Source: an uncultured Gemmatimonadales bacterium
GTDB lineage: Bacteria > Gemmatimonadota > Gemmatimonadetes > Longimicrobiales > RSA9
Direction of reading: 5' to 3'
NCBI GenBank assembly: GCA_963783305.1
Contig: CAWAMW010000017.1
Span: 320,001 to 384,000, forward strand
DNA: 64,000 nt
The position numbers and the translations under genes were made by a program. This document shows, in pieces, positions 29,392-38,523 of this stretch. A model generated the notes under the pieces. It did no database searches and was not told where the DNA came from. It saw nothing but the letters and a program-made list of their open reading frames with translations. Every line of letters begins with the position of its first letter. The stretch's first letter is position 1.

Positions 29392-30087
29392 CTAAACAAA
29401 TCCCCGATCACCTGTCCAGTCGGTCGACGGAATGCCGTCTGCAACGCCACGAGCCTCTAGGAGATAATGCGGAGACAGCACCGCGTACCGCCAAAAGACA
29501 AGATCCACGACCCGCACTAGATCTCCCGACGTTGCCGCAACATCGCCGCAGAGTTCCTGCACCCCTACACCGAACGCTTCGGCTAGTCGAGCCACGTGTC
29601 GGTCCGGCTTGGCCACATCAAGGCTCAAGTTCTTTGCGAAGTGGAAGGAGGTCGCTCGCCCCAAATAGGGAAAGGTCAATAGGAATTCGGGTCCCTCTGC
29701 ACCTAAACGACATTTGAATGCTGCGGCCCCCATTTCAGCGAGACGACTGGCAAAGACGGCGATGGCGTCAATTTTCCCAGCGTGGCCGAAATGATCGAGC
29801 GCCTGCCGTTTACACTCTTTGGACGACTGGGCAATACACTTAGCCGATCTCCAGTCACAAAACGCCCTGCTGATTTCCGGAAAAATTGAAGCAACGACCA
29901 CCTCCTTCATACCAGACCCCAGCACGACCCAAGCGTGCTCACGTAGGAGATCCGACTCAGTACAGTCCGATAGGTCCACGGTCCGAATCCATTCCATCTC
30001 GTCGCCGTATCCAGAAGCGACCACGACCCGCTTCGAACGGGTATATAGTTCTGTCACTGCCTCCAACATGAACGGATAGAGAGCCAT
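29392..30087 (-). CDS. OGG-like HhH DNA glycosylase family protein (type IV CBASS Cap11-like)
   Basis: FGHAGKIDAI, FPYLGRATSFHFAKNLSLDVAKPDRH, VDLVFW; last gene of the operon. Confidence 0.75.
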   Translation of the reverse strand: MALYPFMLEAVTELYTRSKRVVVASGYGDEMEWIRTVDLSDCTESDLLREHAWVVLGSGMKEVVVASIFPEISRAFCDWRSAKCIAQSSKECKRQALDHFGHAGKIDAIAVFASRLAEMGAAAFKCRLGAEGPEFLLTFPYLGRATSFHFAKNLSLDVAKPDRHVARLAEAFGVGVQELCGDVAATSGDLVRVVDLVFWRYAVLSPHYLLEARGVADGIPSTDWTGDRGFV

Positions 30088-30095
30088 GGATCGCG

Positions 30096-30683
30096 TCAAG
30101 TCGACCTTTTCTGTGCGCCGGTGTTCAATTCCTGTCGAATGAAGCGGAGCCGTAAGATCCATTCGGGTGTCCACAAATACTCCTCGCGGATGCGGCTAAG
30201 AGCGACCTTACGGAGATGCCTCGCCTTCAATCTAGCAAAGAGATCCTCCGGTATGGCGGGCGTGCTACTTCCTACTTCACGATAAAGTGCCGCCAACTGA
30301 TTCCTCGATACAGCATCCCAACCCTTTTCCTGGTCACGGCGGGTCCGGTACTCGCTTGCCAACCCCGCCCAGCGGCGGCACGCCTCGCCATGACGCGCCT
30401 TTTTCCCAGGCCAATCGAACAGCAGAACTATGAGCGAGAAGGTGAAAGCGACCACTGACCCACCCGCCAGCACCGATCTTCCTTGCTGCACAGAAAGATC
30501 AAAGAGGCTGAATAGCTCGCCTCCACTGAAAGCCGTAACCGTGAAGAGAACGGAGACAACAATCAACGCACTCCCAGAGAGAACTTCAAGCCTTCGATAG
30601 CGATCTCGCAGAGCAGCGTGCATCGAAGCCATTTGCTTCGTAAGCCGGTATTGGCGCGCAGTTTCACCCTCGGGGACAGTCAT
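30096..30683 (-). CDS. Two-TM SLATT-like CBASS membrane effector
   Basis: MHAALRDRYRR then two TM helices, DW..KKARH, IPEDLFARLKARHLRKVALS; ATGA-coupled to the CD-NTase. Confidence 0.78.
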   Translation of the reverse strand: MTVPEGETARQYRLTKQMASMHAALRDRYRRLEVLSGSALIVVSVLFTVTAFSGGELFSLFDLSVQQGRSVLAGGSVVAFTFSLIVLLFDWPGKKARHGEACRRWAGLASEYRTRRDQEKGWDAVSRNQLAALYREVGSSTPAIPEDLFARLKARHLRKVALSRIREEYLWTPEWILRLRFIRQELNTGAQKRST

Positions 30684-31604
30684 GAGCGCTCCAATGAAAT
30701 CTTTGCCCTCCATTGGGCAATAGTTGCGGCTGTTGAAAGTTGAGTGTGGATAGATCGGAGCAGCGCGGCCACGCGCCTTCGTTCGTCGCTCCCAGGCCCT
30801 CTGAGCTCTGCGTCGACGACGGCCTACTGTCCGATAACGTCAGTGATTGGTCGGAGGACCCGCTCGCTGGAATGCTGAAGCACATGAAGGACTACGTCCC
30901 GCACGCTGCGATCACCCTTATAGCCCGCGGCCGAATCGACCGCTAGCGCCTCTATGTGATATCCCGACAGCCGCCTCTGCTTCGGGAGACCTTCATTTAT
31001 GGCCTTGATCACTTTCACGGCTGGCACGAGAACCCCGCCGGTCTGATTGTTGGCTGCAGTCAAGCGCTCGCGAAAGAGCCGAGGCTTCGATACACGCCAG
31101 CCCCCACTTTCTGCATCAGGAACAGCTACCGTGTCCCCCTGCCGTAATGCCGGCAGCAACTGCACTTCCGTGCCGTCCCGGTAGGTGACCGTAACTGCCA
31201 TATTTCCGCGCGAGATGGTGTCGACGTCTCCGAGGTTAAGATTGACGCGGACCTGCCGTTCCAAAGATTCCAGCATTCTCTTTCCCAGTGGCGGCACCGA
31301 CAGCCGAAGCATCGAGCACAACGAGTGCATTGATGTCGCTAATCCCGTCGACGGCTGTGTGCTTCGCCACCGACCCTCCGAGCAGTAGCGAATCGATCTC
31401 GAGGTCCCCTAGTGACTGCTTGATTTCCTCGAGCCGTTTCCTAACCCTGTCATGATCACGATCGTTGAACTTCGCTAATTCTTCTCCCAGGTATTGGTTC
31501 GTTTCCGCTTGGAGGCGACGCTGCTCGGCCTGCCGGGCCCGCTCCACCTTCAATCGGGTGCTTTCACTAGGTGTGCCACTGAACCTGCTGCCGCCGCCCC
31601 CCAT
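30680..31604 (-). CDS. CD-NTase/SMODS cyclic oligonucleotide synthase, interrupted by one frameshift (about 31290) and an in-frame TAG (30824)
   Basis: MGGGGS N-terminus, LGGSVAKHTAVDGISDIN, EVQLLPA, PAVKVIK, LSGYHIE; read-through of TAG ends at TGA 30680, overlapping the effector ATG. Confidence 0.82.
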
Positions 31605-31605
31605 A

Positions 31606-32681
31606 TCATCCTCCTTCCTGCAGTTCAGGTATTTTTGTGGTCATATGCCTGTACGCAGCGGCCAAACGCTCCTTCACAAATGGCTGGAACATGTCGAACT
31701 GTTCGCCATCAGTGTCGACCCACTGTTCCAGTGAGGCGGCCAGATTCAGTAACGCCTGTACATTGTGTAAGTTGGCCAACATCTCGTTGACGGTCTTGCC
31801 CACAAGCCCGAACTCTTCCCGGAGAATCCCATGACATTCTCTGCTCACGGCCACCCCTTTGTGATACGAGTAGCGGAGCCAAGACACGCCATCAAAGATT
31901 TCGGCACCAGCGAAGAAATACAGTGGGGTCAATAGGGGGTCTAATCCTCCCCATATATGAATCGGAGAATCTATTCCCGCGTCGTCCAAACCCCTTCGGA
32001 GAGTTGCCACGCTCTTTAGGCGCTTCACCATGTCCCTACCCAACTCTTTTTCGGTGACGCCTATTACGTCGAAATTGCGAAGCTTCGCGAAATCTGACCT
32101 TGTGAGGTCGCTCGGGTCCACAACGCCCCCCGACTTGGTCCAAGGCTTGATAATGAAATCAGTTAGTACCTCTCCGCGCCAGGGAAGAAACAAGACGCGG
32201 GCTTTCTTGATCTGTTCGTGAAGTGGAATGTTGATGCTCTCGTGATCGTAGTTCGCTACGACTAACGGCAGGTCAGAATCAGCTAGAACTTGATCAACTA
32301 CTGTTTGATATTCTTTGTTGCCGAATCCCGGCTTCGGCACGTATACGAACGACTTGGGCTCAGTTGAGTCAAAGCCTCCGGCCAACTCATAACCGCCGCT
32401 ATCCATGAAAACGAGGCTTGCGGACAGCAGCCAATCGGCCGGGCTGCCTCCTTCCGCGTTAGGTCCTCCGAAATGATCAAAATGCAGGTCGTAGGCGCTA
32501 ATGAGGGTTGACTGGCCGCCCAGTTTCGGCCACTCAGCAGATGAACAACTACATCGCTGTACTCCCTGCCATCCTTATCGCGATGGAATTGGAAGCCCTT
32601 GCTGGTAAACGCTGGCACTAGGAGGGGCAGTTCGATCCGCCCCGACCATGGATGATGCAGCGTGCCGCGACGAGCTAGCAT
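31606..32681 (-). CDS. TGT (queuine tRNA-ribosyltransferase)-like protein, type IV CBASS Cap10-like; frameshift at about 32540
   Basis: PLLVPAFTSKG, LISAYDLH, FMDSGGYE, IHIWGGLDP, GAEIFDGVSW. Confidence 0.78.
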
Positions 32682-33270
32682 AGTCCGATTCCGTTTCTGT
32701 CGATGCACGAGATGCATTCACCACAAGGCTCCGATCCTCGCTCACAACCGTATGTCATTTCAATGGGAACCGAATGTGAGGTACAGAACTCTGCAATTTC
32801 AGCCTTACTGAGTTCAATGAGCGGTGCGATGATTCTCACTGGCCTGCCCACCGCGTGCACTAGGAGCTGTTCAAGGACTCTGATGAATACAGGCTGACAA
32901 TCGGAATACGGGCTATCGCTACGGATTCCAAGTGCCACCGCGTTGATGTGCGGCCCGCTTTCAAGCAAACCCAGAGAACAGAGCATGAGGTTTCTCGCAG
33001 TGATGAAGCCTTCCGTCTTTTGTTCAGCACCCACAATTTTCAGTGTTTTAAGTGGGACCTGATAGTGTTTGGCCAGGGAGATGGCAGCGGCTCGTTCGGC
33101 CGTCGCGGCGGGGTGCCCGTAGTCGACGAAGAGAGTTGTCACCGGCCTTGCAAGCTCTGAGAAGAACGCAAGGCAGGCCGCTGAATCGACCCTCCGCTTA
33201 GGAGCAGGACGATTTCCGCGGCTTCTGGCGCGGGTGTGCCGGGCGCTCCGACAGCCGAATCTCTATTCAT
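32675..33270 (-). CDS. QueC-like ATP pyrophosphatase (type IV CBASS Cap9-like); 1-nt frameshift at about 33191
   Basis: LLLSGG/VDSAAC restored by one extra G; DYGH..E, ARN, YSDC, SKAEI, CERGSEPCGECISC Zn motif. Confidence 0.85.
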
Positions 33271-33497
33271 CGAACGGCGCCGCCTCCGCCCCCGCGTTCC
33301 GTGAGGACCCCACAAGCTCGCGTGCTCGGCAGCTGCCGGTCCACCCTCCGGAGAGCGGTGATGGAACAGATCCGGTCGTAGACGTCATGGGTATCAAAGC
33401 CCCCTCGCGTTCCTCTGCCAAGATCTGCAGCATGACGTCGTCAACATTCGCCGGTTGCCAATTTTGACATCGGACAACTCGCCCAGCTTCGGTAGGT

Positions 33498-36400
33498 TCA
33501 ATTTCCCGGCGCTGTTATGACCCCGACCCCACCCCGCGCCTGCCACTTCCCCTCCTCCACCCTCGCCACCACCCCCAGCACCTCCAGCGCCTCGAAGTGC
33601 TTCTCCACCTCCGCCCGCACCGCGCCCTTGAACCGCCGGGCCGCCTGCTCGACGGTCCGGGGCTTGTCGGCGACAGCGGTGCGGAGGGCCGTGAGCTGCT
33701 CGATGGGGTCGTCGGGCCAGTCGGGGAGGTCGGTGGGGGTGTCGTCGTCGGGCTCGGCGGGGGCGTCGTCGAGGGCGAGGTCGCCTTCGACCTTGTCGCC
33801 GAAGCGGGGGATCTGGTAGTCGGGGCGGAGCCAGCGGACGAGGCCGCGTCGCTCCTCCTCGACCCGCTCGTCGTGGAGGGCGACCAGGCGGGCGAGGATC
33901 TCGTCGGTCTCCATGGGCCACGGCCAGCCGTAGGCGTCGGCGACGAGGCGGTCCAGCTCGTCGTGGAGGTCCCGGAGCACGCCGCACGCGGCGATCTCGT
34001 GGACCTTCCGCTCCTTCTCCGTCAGCGGCTCCCCGCTCCGCAGCTTCTCGACGACGTTGTACATGCCGGTCATGGTGACGGAGTCTGTCGCGGTCGAGGG
34101 CGGCGTTGCGGTGGGATTCGAGCTGCTCGGCGACTGCTCGGCAATTACGTCCGCTTGCTGCTTCCGGTACGGTCAGGGAACGGGAACGGGTCGAAGCAAC
34201 TGGTCTTGTTGTAGACAGGATCGTTCCCCACACCTAGCCGCCCGCCGGCCGCCAATGCCCACTCGACGTGAATGCGTGAAGACAAGAACGCCAAGCGCAA
34301 AAGCGTCGTCCGACGCCACACAAACGAGCCTGTCTCATCCGGAACGATATCAGTCGACAGGAACGTGAAAAATCGGTGCTTTGCTGTGTCATGTAGTCCC
34401 GATATACTGCTCAAGTCCTCGCAGTGCCTCTCTGAGCTCGGGGCGCTGGCTCGCCAAAGCGCCACCAGTTACCTTCGTCGGCGTTCCATCCTGTTCGTGT
34501 CTCGCTGCGGCTTAACGCGCGTCCGCACGATGATCGTACAGAACAGGGATATTCTCGCGCTTCGTCCTCTTCCCGGAGGCCAAAATCGATCACCCAAACG
34601 CTGCGCGGCCGCGTGCGGTCAGATCCTTCCCATTGCGATACTGGCCGCACCACATCTGCGATGCTCGGAGTCCTGTCCGAGTAGTTCGCTCGGCTTCTTC
34701 ACGCTTCCAGGATGAAACCCGGAGCCGCACAGCGTGAAGCCCTGCTGAAGACAATCCATTGTTCGCCAAGAAGTGCTCCCGAACTGCCGCCGGCGATATC
34801 GGCGTTCATCGTAAGGTCCGCGTTCAGTCTGTCGAGACAGTTCGTTCGCGCGATCTCCTGCCGTCCTCTTCGATCGACAGTGACCAGCGGGCACTCAGCG
34901 TCGTTGCTGCCGAGATCACCGTCATGGCCACTCGGACATCAGCTCCGTCCGATCTCATCCACCCACGGGTGATCCGCACGGCCCAGATGACCTCGCACCT
35001 CGTTCAGCATGGCGTCCTCGACAACTGTTCGATTCTGAGCCTGGGTGATTGAGTTCGTCGTGATGAGTCCCGCCGTCTCGGTTGCTCCTGTGGCCACCGC
35101 TTCCGCAGCCCGGTACCACCAGTACATGACATAGTCCGCGCTGTTCGAGGCACATCCGGATATGCCTTCCGCAAGGCGTCGACATAGCCATCGCCAAACG
35201 CTTCTCGTCTGCATCCTGCCCCATATACGGCGGGTTCCCCACAATGAAATCCGCCTCCGGCCATTCCGCCTGCCTCGCCCCCACGTACTCGTAGTACGGC
35301 AGCCTCGCCTCGGGGTCGGGGACGAGGTCGCCGGTGACGGGGTGCGGGATGCGGGGCGTGGGGTCGGGGCGCGACTTCTCGGGGACCTCGCGGATGTCGT
35401 CCCAGGCGAGGACGGCGTCGCGGTGCTCGAGGGTGCCGGTGTCCTGGAGGACGGGCTCGGGGGGCTGGGTGTGCTGGTGGGTCTTCTTCCACCACTGGTG
35501 GTAGCCGACCCAGAGGCAGAGCTCGGCGACCTCGCGGGCCCAGAGCTTGACCTCGATGCCGTGGAACTGGTGGGGGCCGACGGGGTCGACGTCGTGCTCC
35601 TTCTGGCCGGTGATCTCCTCGATCTCCCGTGTGACCTCGAGCTCGATCTCCTTGAGGAGGTTGAGGGAGACGTAGAGGAAGTTGCCGGACCCGCAGGCGG
35701 GGTCGAGGACGCGGATGGAGCGGAGGTAGTCGTGGAACGAGCGGAGTCGCTCGACGGCCTTCTTCCGGGCGGGCGCGGTGCCGTGCTCCCGGAGCTGGAG
35801 GACCTCGGCCTGGACGAGGGTCCAGCGCTCGCGGACGGGCTCCTCGATGGTGGGGCGGACGAGTCGCTCGACGTAGGCGCGGGGCGTGAACTCGGCGCCC
35901 AGGCGGTGGCGCTCCTCGCGGTCGAGGGCGCGGGTGAGGAGGGTGCCGAAGATGGAGGGCTCGACGTGGGCCCAGTCGGCGCGGGCGGCCTCGAGGAGGA
36001 CGGCGAGGGCGTCGCGGTCGAGGGGGATGACGTCGCGGTCGTGGAAGAAGTGGCCGTTGAAGCGGAGGACGTGGTTGTGGCCGAAGTCGCCGCCGGCGTC
36101 CATGGTCGCCCAGAGCCGGTCGACGGCGCCCTCGAAGGCGATGGGCTCCTCGCTCAGCCCCTTCTCCACGGCGATGGTGAACGGGTCATCCTTGAGCAGC
36201 CCCACGTCCTCGGCGAACATGGTGAAGACGCAGCGGATGAGGAACCGCGCGACGCGCTCCTGGTCCTCGCCCGTGGCCTCGAGGCGGGCGGCGAGCTTCG
36301 CCAGCTTCGTGGCGATCTCGCGGGTCACCTCCGCCGACTTCACGTTGGGGTCGAGGCGCTTCGGGTCCTCCCAGACCAGGCGGAGGAACTCGACATCGTC

Positions 36401-36865
36401 GGGGTTCTGCGCCAGGCGGGTGAGGTCGATGGTGCGGACGGCGCCCTGGAACCCGCCGTAGGAGCCGGCCCAGCGGTCCCAGAGCCGGAGCGTGCGGCCC
36501 ACGTCCAGGACCATGAGGTAGGGCGGCGGCCCGCCGGGGACGAAGGCGGCGTAGGAGGAGGCCTGGCCGAAGGCGCGGCGGAGTCGGAGCTCGGCGCTCT
36601 CGTCGGTGCGCTCGGGCTCGTCCTTGGACTCCAGGAGGAAGTGGCCCTCCTTGAAGAGGTCGACGCGGTTGGCCGACTCGGACCCGTCCCGGTTCACGAT
36701 CCGGACGGCGAACTCGAACTCGTAGCCGGAGCCGGACGGGCGGGGTCGCTCGACGCCCAGGGCCTCGCAGAGCTCGATCACGTACGACTGCGCGTTGGCG
36801 AGCTCCTTCGCAGGAACGTCGCGCCAGCGGTCGGCGAGTGCGGAAAGGGCGTCTTCGCGGTTCAT
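33498..36865 (-). CDS. MmeI-like type IIL/IIG restriction-modification enzyme; several frameshifts at about 34070-35250
   Basis: ELANAQSYVIELC, VDLFKEGHFLLESK nuclease, IFGTLL, LDPACGSGNFL motif I, IVGNPPY motif IV, ADYVMYWW, LDRLVADAYGW C-terminus. Confidence 0.88.
33534..33590. repeat. Coding copy of the 57-bp direct repeat
   Basis: Encodes ALEVLGVVARVEEGKWQAR; matches 29293-29349. Confidence 0.8.
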
Positions 36866-37035
36866 TTTGTCAGGGTTCAGAAACGGCCGGATGCGTCACG
36901 CGCGGCCGGGCAGGCGCGACAGGGCAAGGGGGTAGGCTGCGTCCGTGTCGCGCCGGGGTCACCGGCCGGAGACAGAATGGGTCGCGGGAGGGTGGAATGG
37001 CAAGGGCGGGGTGGGGCAGCGTTCGGGGAGCAATG

Positions 37036-37083
37036 TCCGCCGAAGTCTTAAAATCACGCGCGATATATTTTAACGCACGCTCG
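37036..37083. repeat. Operator-like repeat GCCGAA..CTTAAAAT...TTTAACGCA, copy upstream of the R-M gene
   Basis: TTAAAA-N14-TTTTAA palindrome; aligns without gaps to 38091-38138. Confidence 0.65.
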
Positions 37084-37125
37084 TCTGGTTAAAGCGTCGG
37101 CCACTCTCTTTCTTGCACCCCGCCT

Positions 37126-38088
37126 TTACTCCGAATGGAAGTCGCGATTGAGCTCGATCAGTCTGTCGTAGCGTCGAGCCGAGTCGCGAGCCTGTTCGAC
37201 AACCCCTCTCAGGCAGAACGCTATCCAGGCCTCCCACTTGCCTTCCGAGCTGACCTGGAAGAGCCGGTCGATGTACTCATCCTTGTTGGCGTCGAAGTAA
37301 TCGCTCATGTAGAGCCACTGATTCGATAAACCGCACCAATCAGCGATCAGGATGGCCAGCAGCAACCGCCCAACGCGTCCGTTACCGTCCATGAACGGGT
37401 GTATGGCCTCGAACTGGTAATGCGCAAGAAATGTCTCCACGAGTGGATCGAATTGCTTTGGCGCGTGGAGATATTTCTCAAACTGGTCCAGGGCCTGCGG
37501 CAGCTGATTGGCCGGGGGCGGAACATATCGGGAAGGCCGACCAATCTGATTCTGGAGTTTACGGAATTCCCCCGGGTTCTTGTCGGCTCCCCGAACGCCG
37601 TTCATCAAGACGCCATGCAGATCCTTGATCAGGCGCAGCGAGATGGGGAGGTCCTCTGGATGATTGCGTCGAAGACTGAGGGCTCGAGTGTAGTTGAAGA
37701 CCTCTCTTTGTGCATTGGCAGGATCGTCCGTTGATGCGGGAAATTTCGGATCCAGCTCGAACAGAACCTGCTGTTGTGGATCCGTATACGTTCCCTCGAG
37801 ACTCGAGGACTTCTGCGCTTCGCGCTTCTGAAGAGGACGGAGGATCAACTCCGGATTGGGCAGGTGTTTGCCGGTTCCGTCCAGGCTCGCCAGTGCCTTG
37901 TGCGCTTCGAGCAAGACCGGCCACAATTCCTGGGGCCACTCCCAATCGGGCGGAAGTGGATCGGGAACAAACGCAACCCTCAGCTTCGCGCCCGAAACTG
38001 CCACCAGTTTGCCAGTCGAAGTTGGCCCGAAAGATTCTGGCTTCAACAGAAAGCTCGTTCTTAAAGCGGGGACTGTAGGGGACTTCAA
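37126..38088 (-). CDS. Fic family protein, C-terminal HTH apparently missing
   Basis: EAQKSSSLEG, HPFMDGNGRVGR; ends abruptly at RDFHSE; true start may be TTG 38046. Confidence 0.88.
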   Translation of the reverse strand: MKSPTVPALRTSFLLKPESFGPTSTGKLVAVSGAKLRVAFVPDPLPPDWEWPQELWPVLLEAHKALASLDGTGKHLPNPELILRPLQKREAQKSSSLEGTYTDPQQQVLFELDPKFPASTDDPANAQREVFNYTRALSLRRNHPEDLPISLRLIKDLHGVLMNGVRGADKNPGEFRKLQNQIGRPSRYVPPPANQLPQALDQFEKYLHAPKQFDPLVETFLAHYQFEAIHPFMDGNGRVGRLLLAILIADWCGLSNQWLYMSDYFDANKDEYIDRLFQVSSEGKWEAWIAFCLRGVVEQARDSARRYDRLIELNRDFHSE

Positions 38089-38090
38089 CG

Positions 38091-38138
38091 TCTGCCGAAT
38101 CCTTAAAATTCATCCCGACATTCTTTAACGCAAGCCCG
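38091..38138. repeat. Operator-like repeat, copy upstream of the second Fic gene
   Basis: TTAAAA-N14-CTTTAA with the same flanks as 37036-37083. Confidence 0.65.
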
Positions 38139-38141
38139 CCC

Positions 38142-38405
38142 GGTGGCGGCCTCGAGCCGGACGAGGCGCGGGGGATCCTGGGCACGCTGGGTCAGGCACC
38201 TTTCATCACCACCGCCGTAGAGCCGGTGGCAGGTCGAGCGCTGGAGATCGCCTGTGCAATCGGCGTGACGGTCTACGACGCGACGTACATCGCCGTGGCG
38301 GAGCTGCGCGGGGCACGGCTGTGGACGGCGGACGCCAGGCTGGTGCGGGCTGTGGCGGGGAGCGGGTGGGAAGAGCTGGTTGTACTGCTGGCACCGGGCG
38401 GGTGA
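38142..38405 (+). pseudogene. 3' half of a VapC/PIN toxin gene
   Basis: Manual translation ...RALEIACAIGVTVYDATYIAVAELRGARLWTADARLV...; no N-terminal VVDAS motif or start codon. Confidence 0.75.
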
Positions 38406-38523
38406 AGAGCGCGCTGCCCTTTCCGTCAGCCCTCCGGCGACAAACATTGACTACGCCGGAAACCCGGCCACCGCGCGGCGAACGCCGCCGCACCCGACGT
38501 CGCACGAAAGCGAACCGAGGACG

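Noticed and set aside
31606..33270. QueC plus TGT as housekeeping queuosine synthesis or a Dpd DNA-modification cluster
   Set aside because: No queD/queE/folE or dpdB-K nearby; the TGT-like protein is divergent with no clear Zn motif; the genes are coupled to a CD-NTase and 2TM effector
26540..38140. Prophage, ICE or transposon as carrier of the island
   Set aside because: No integrase, transposase, phage structural gene, conjugation gene or tRNA target recognised in the window
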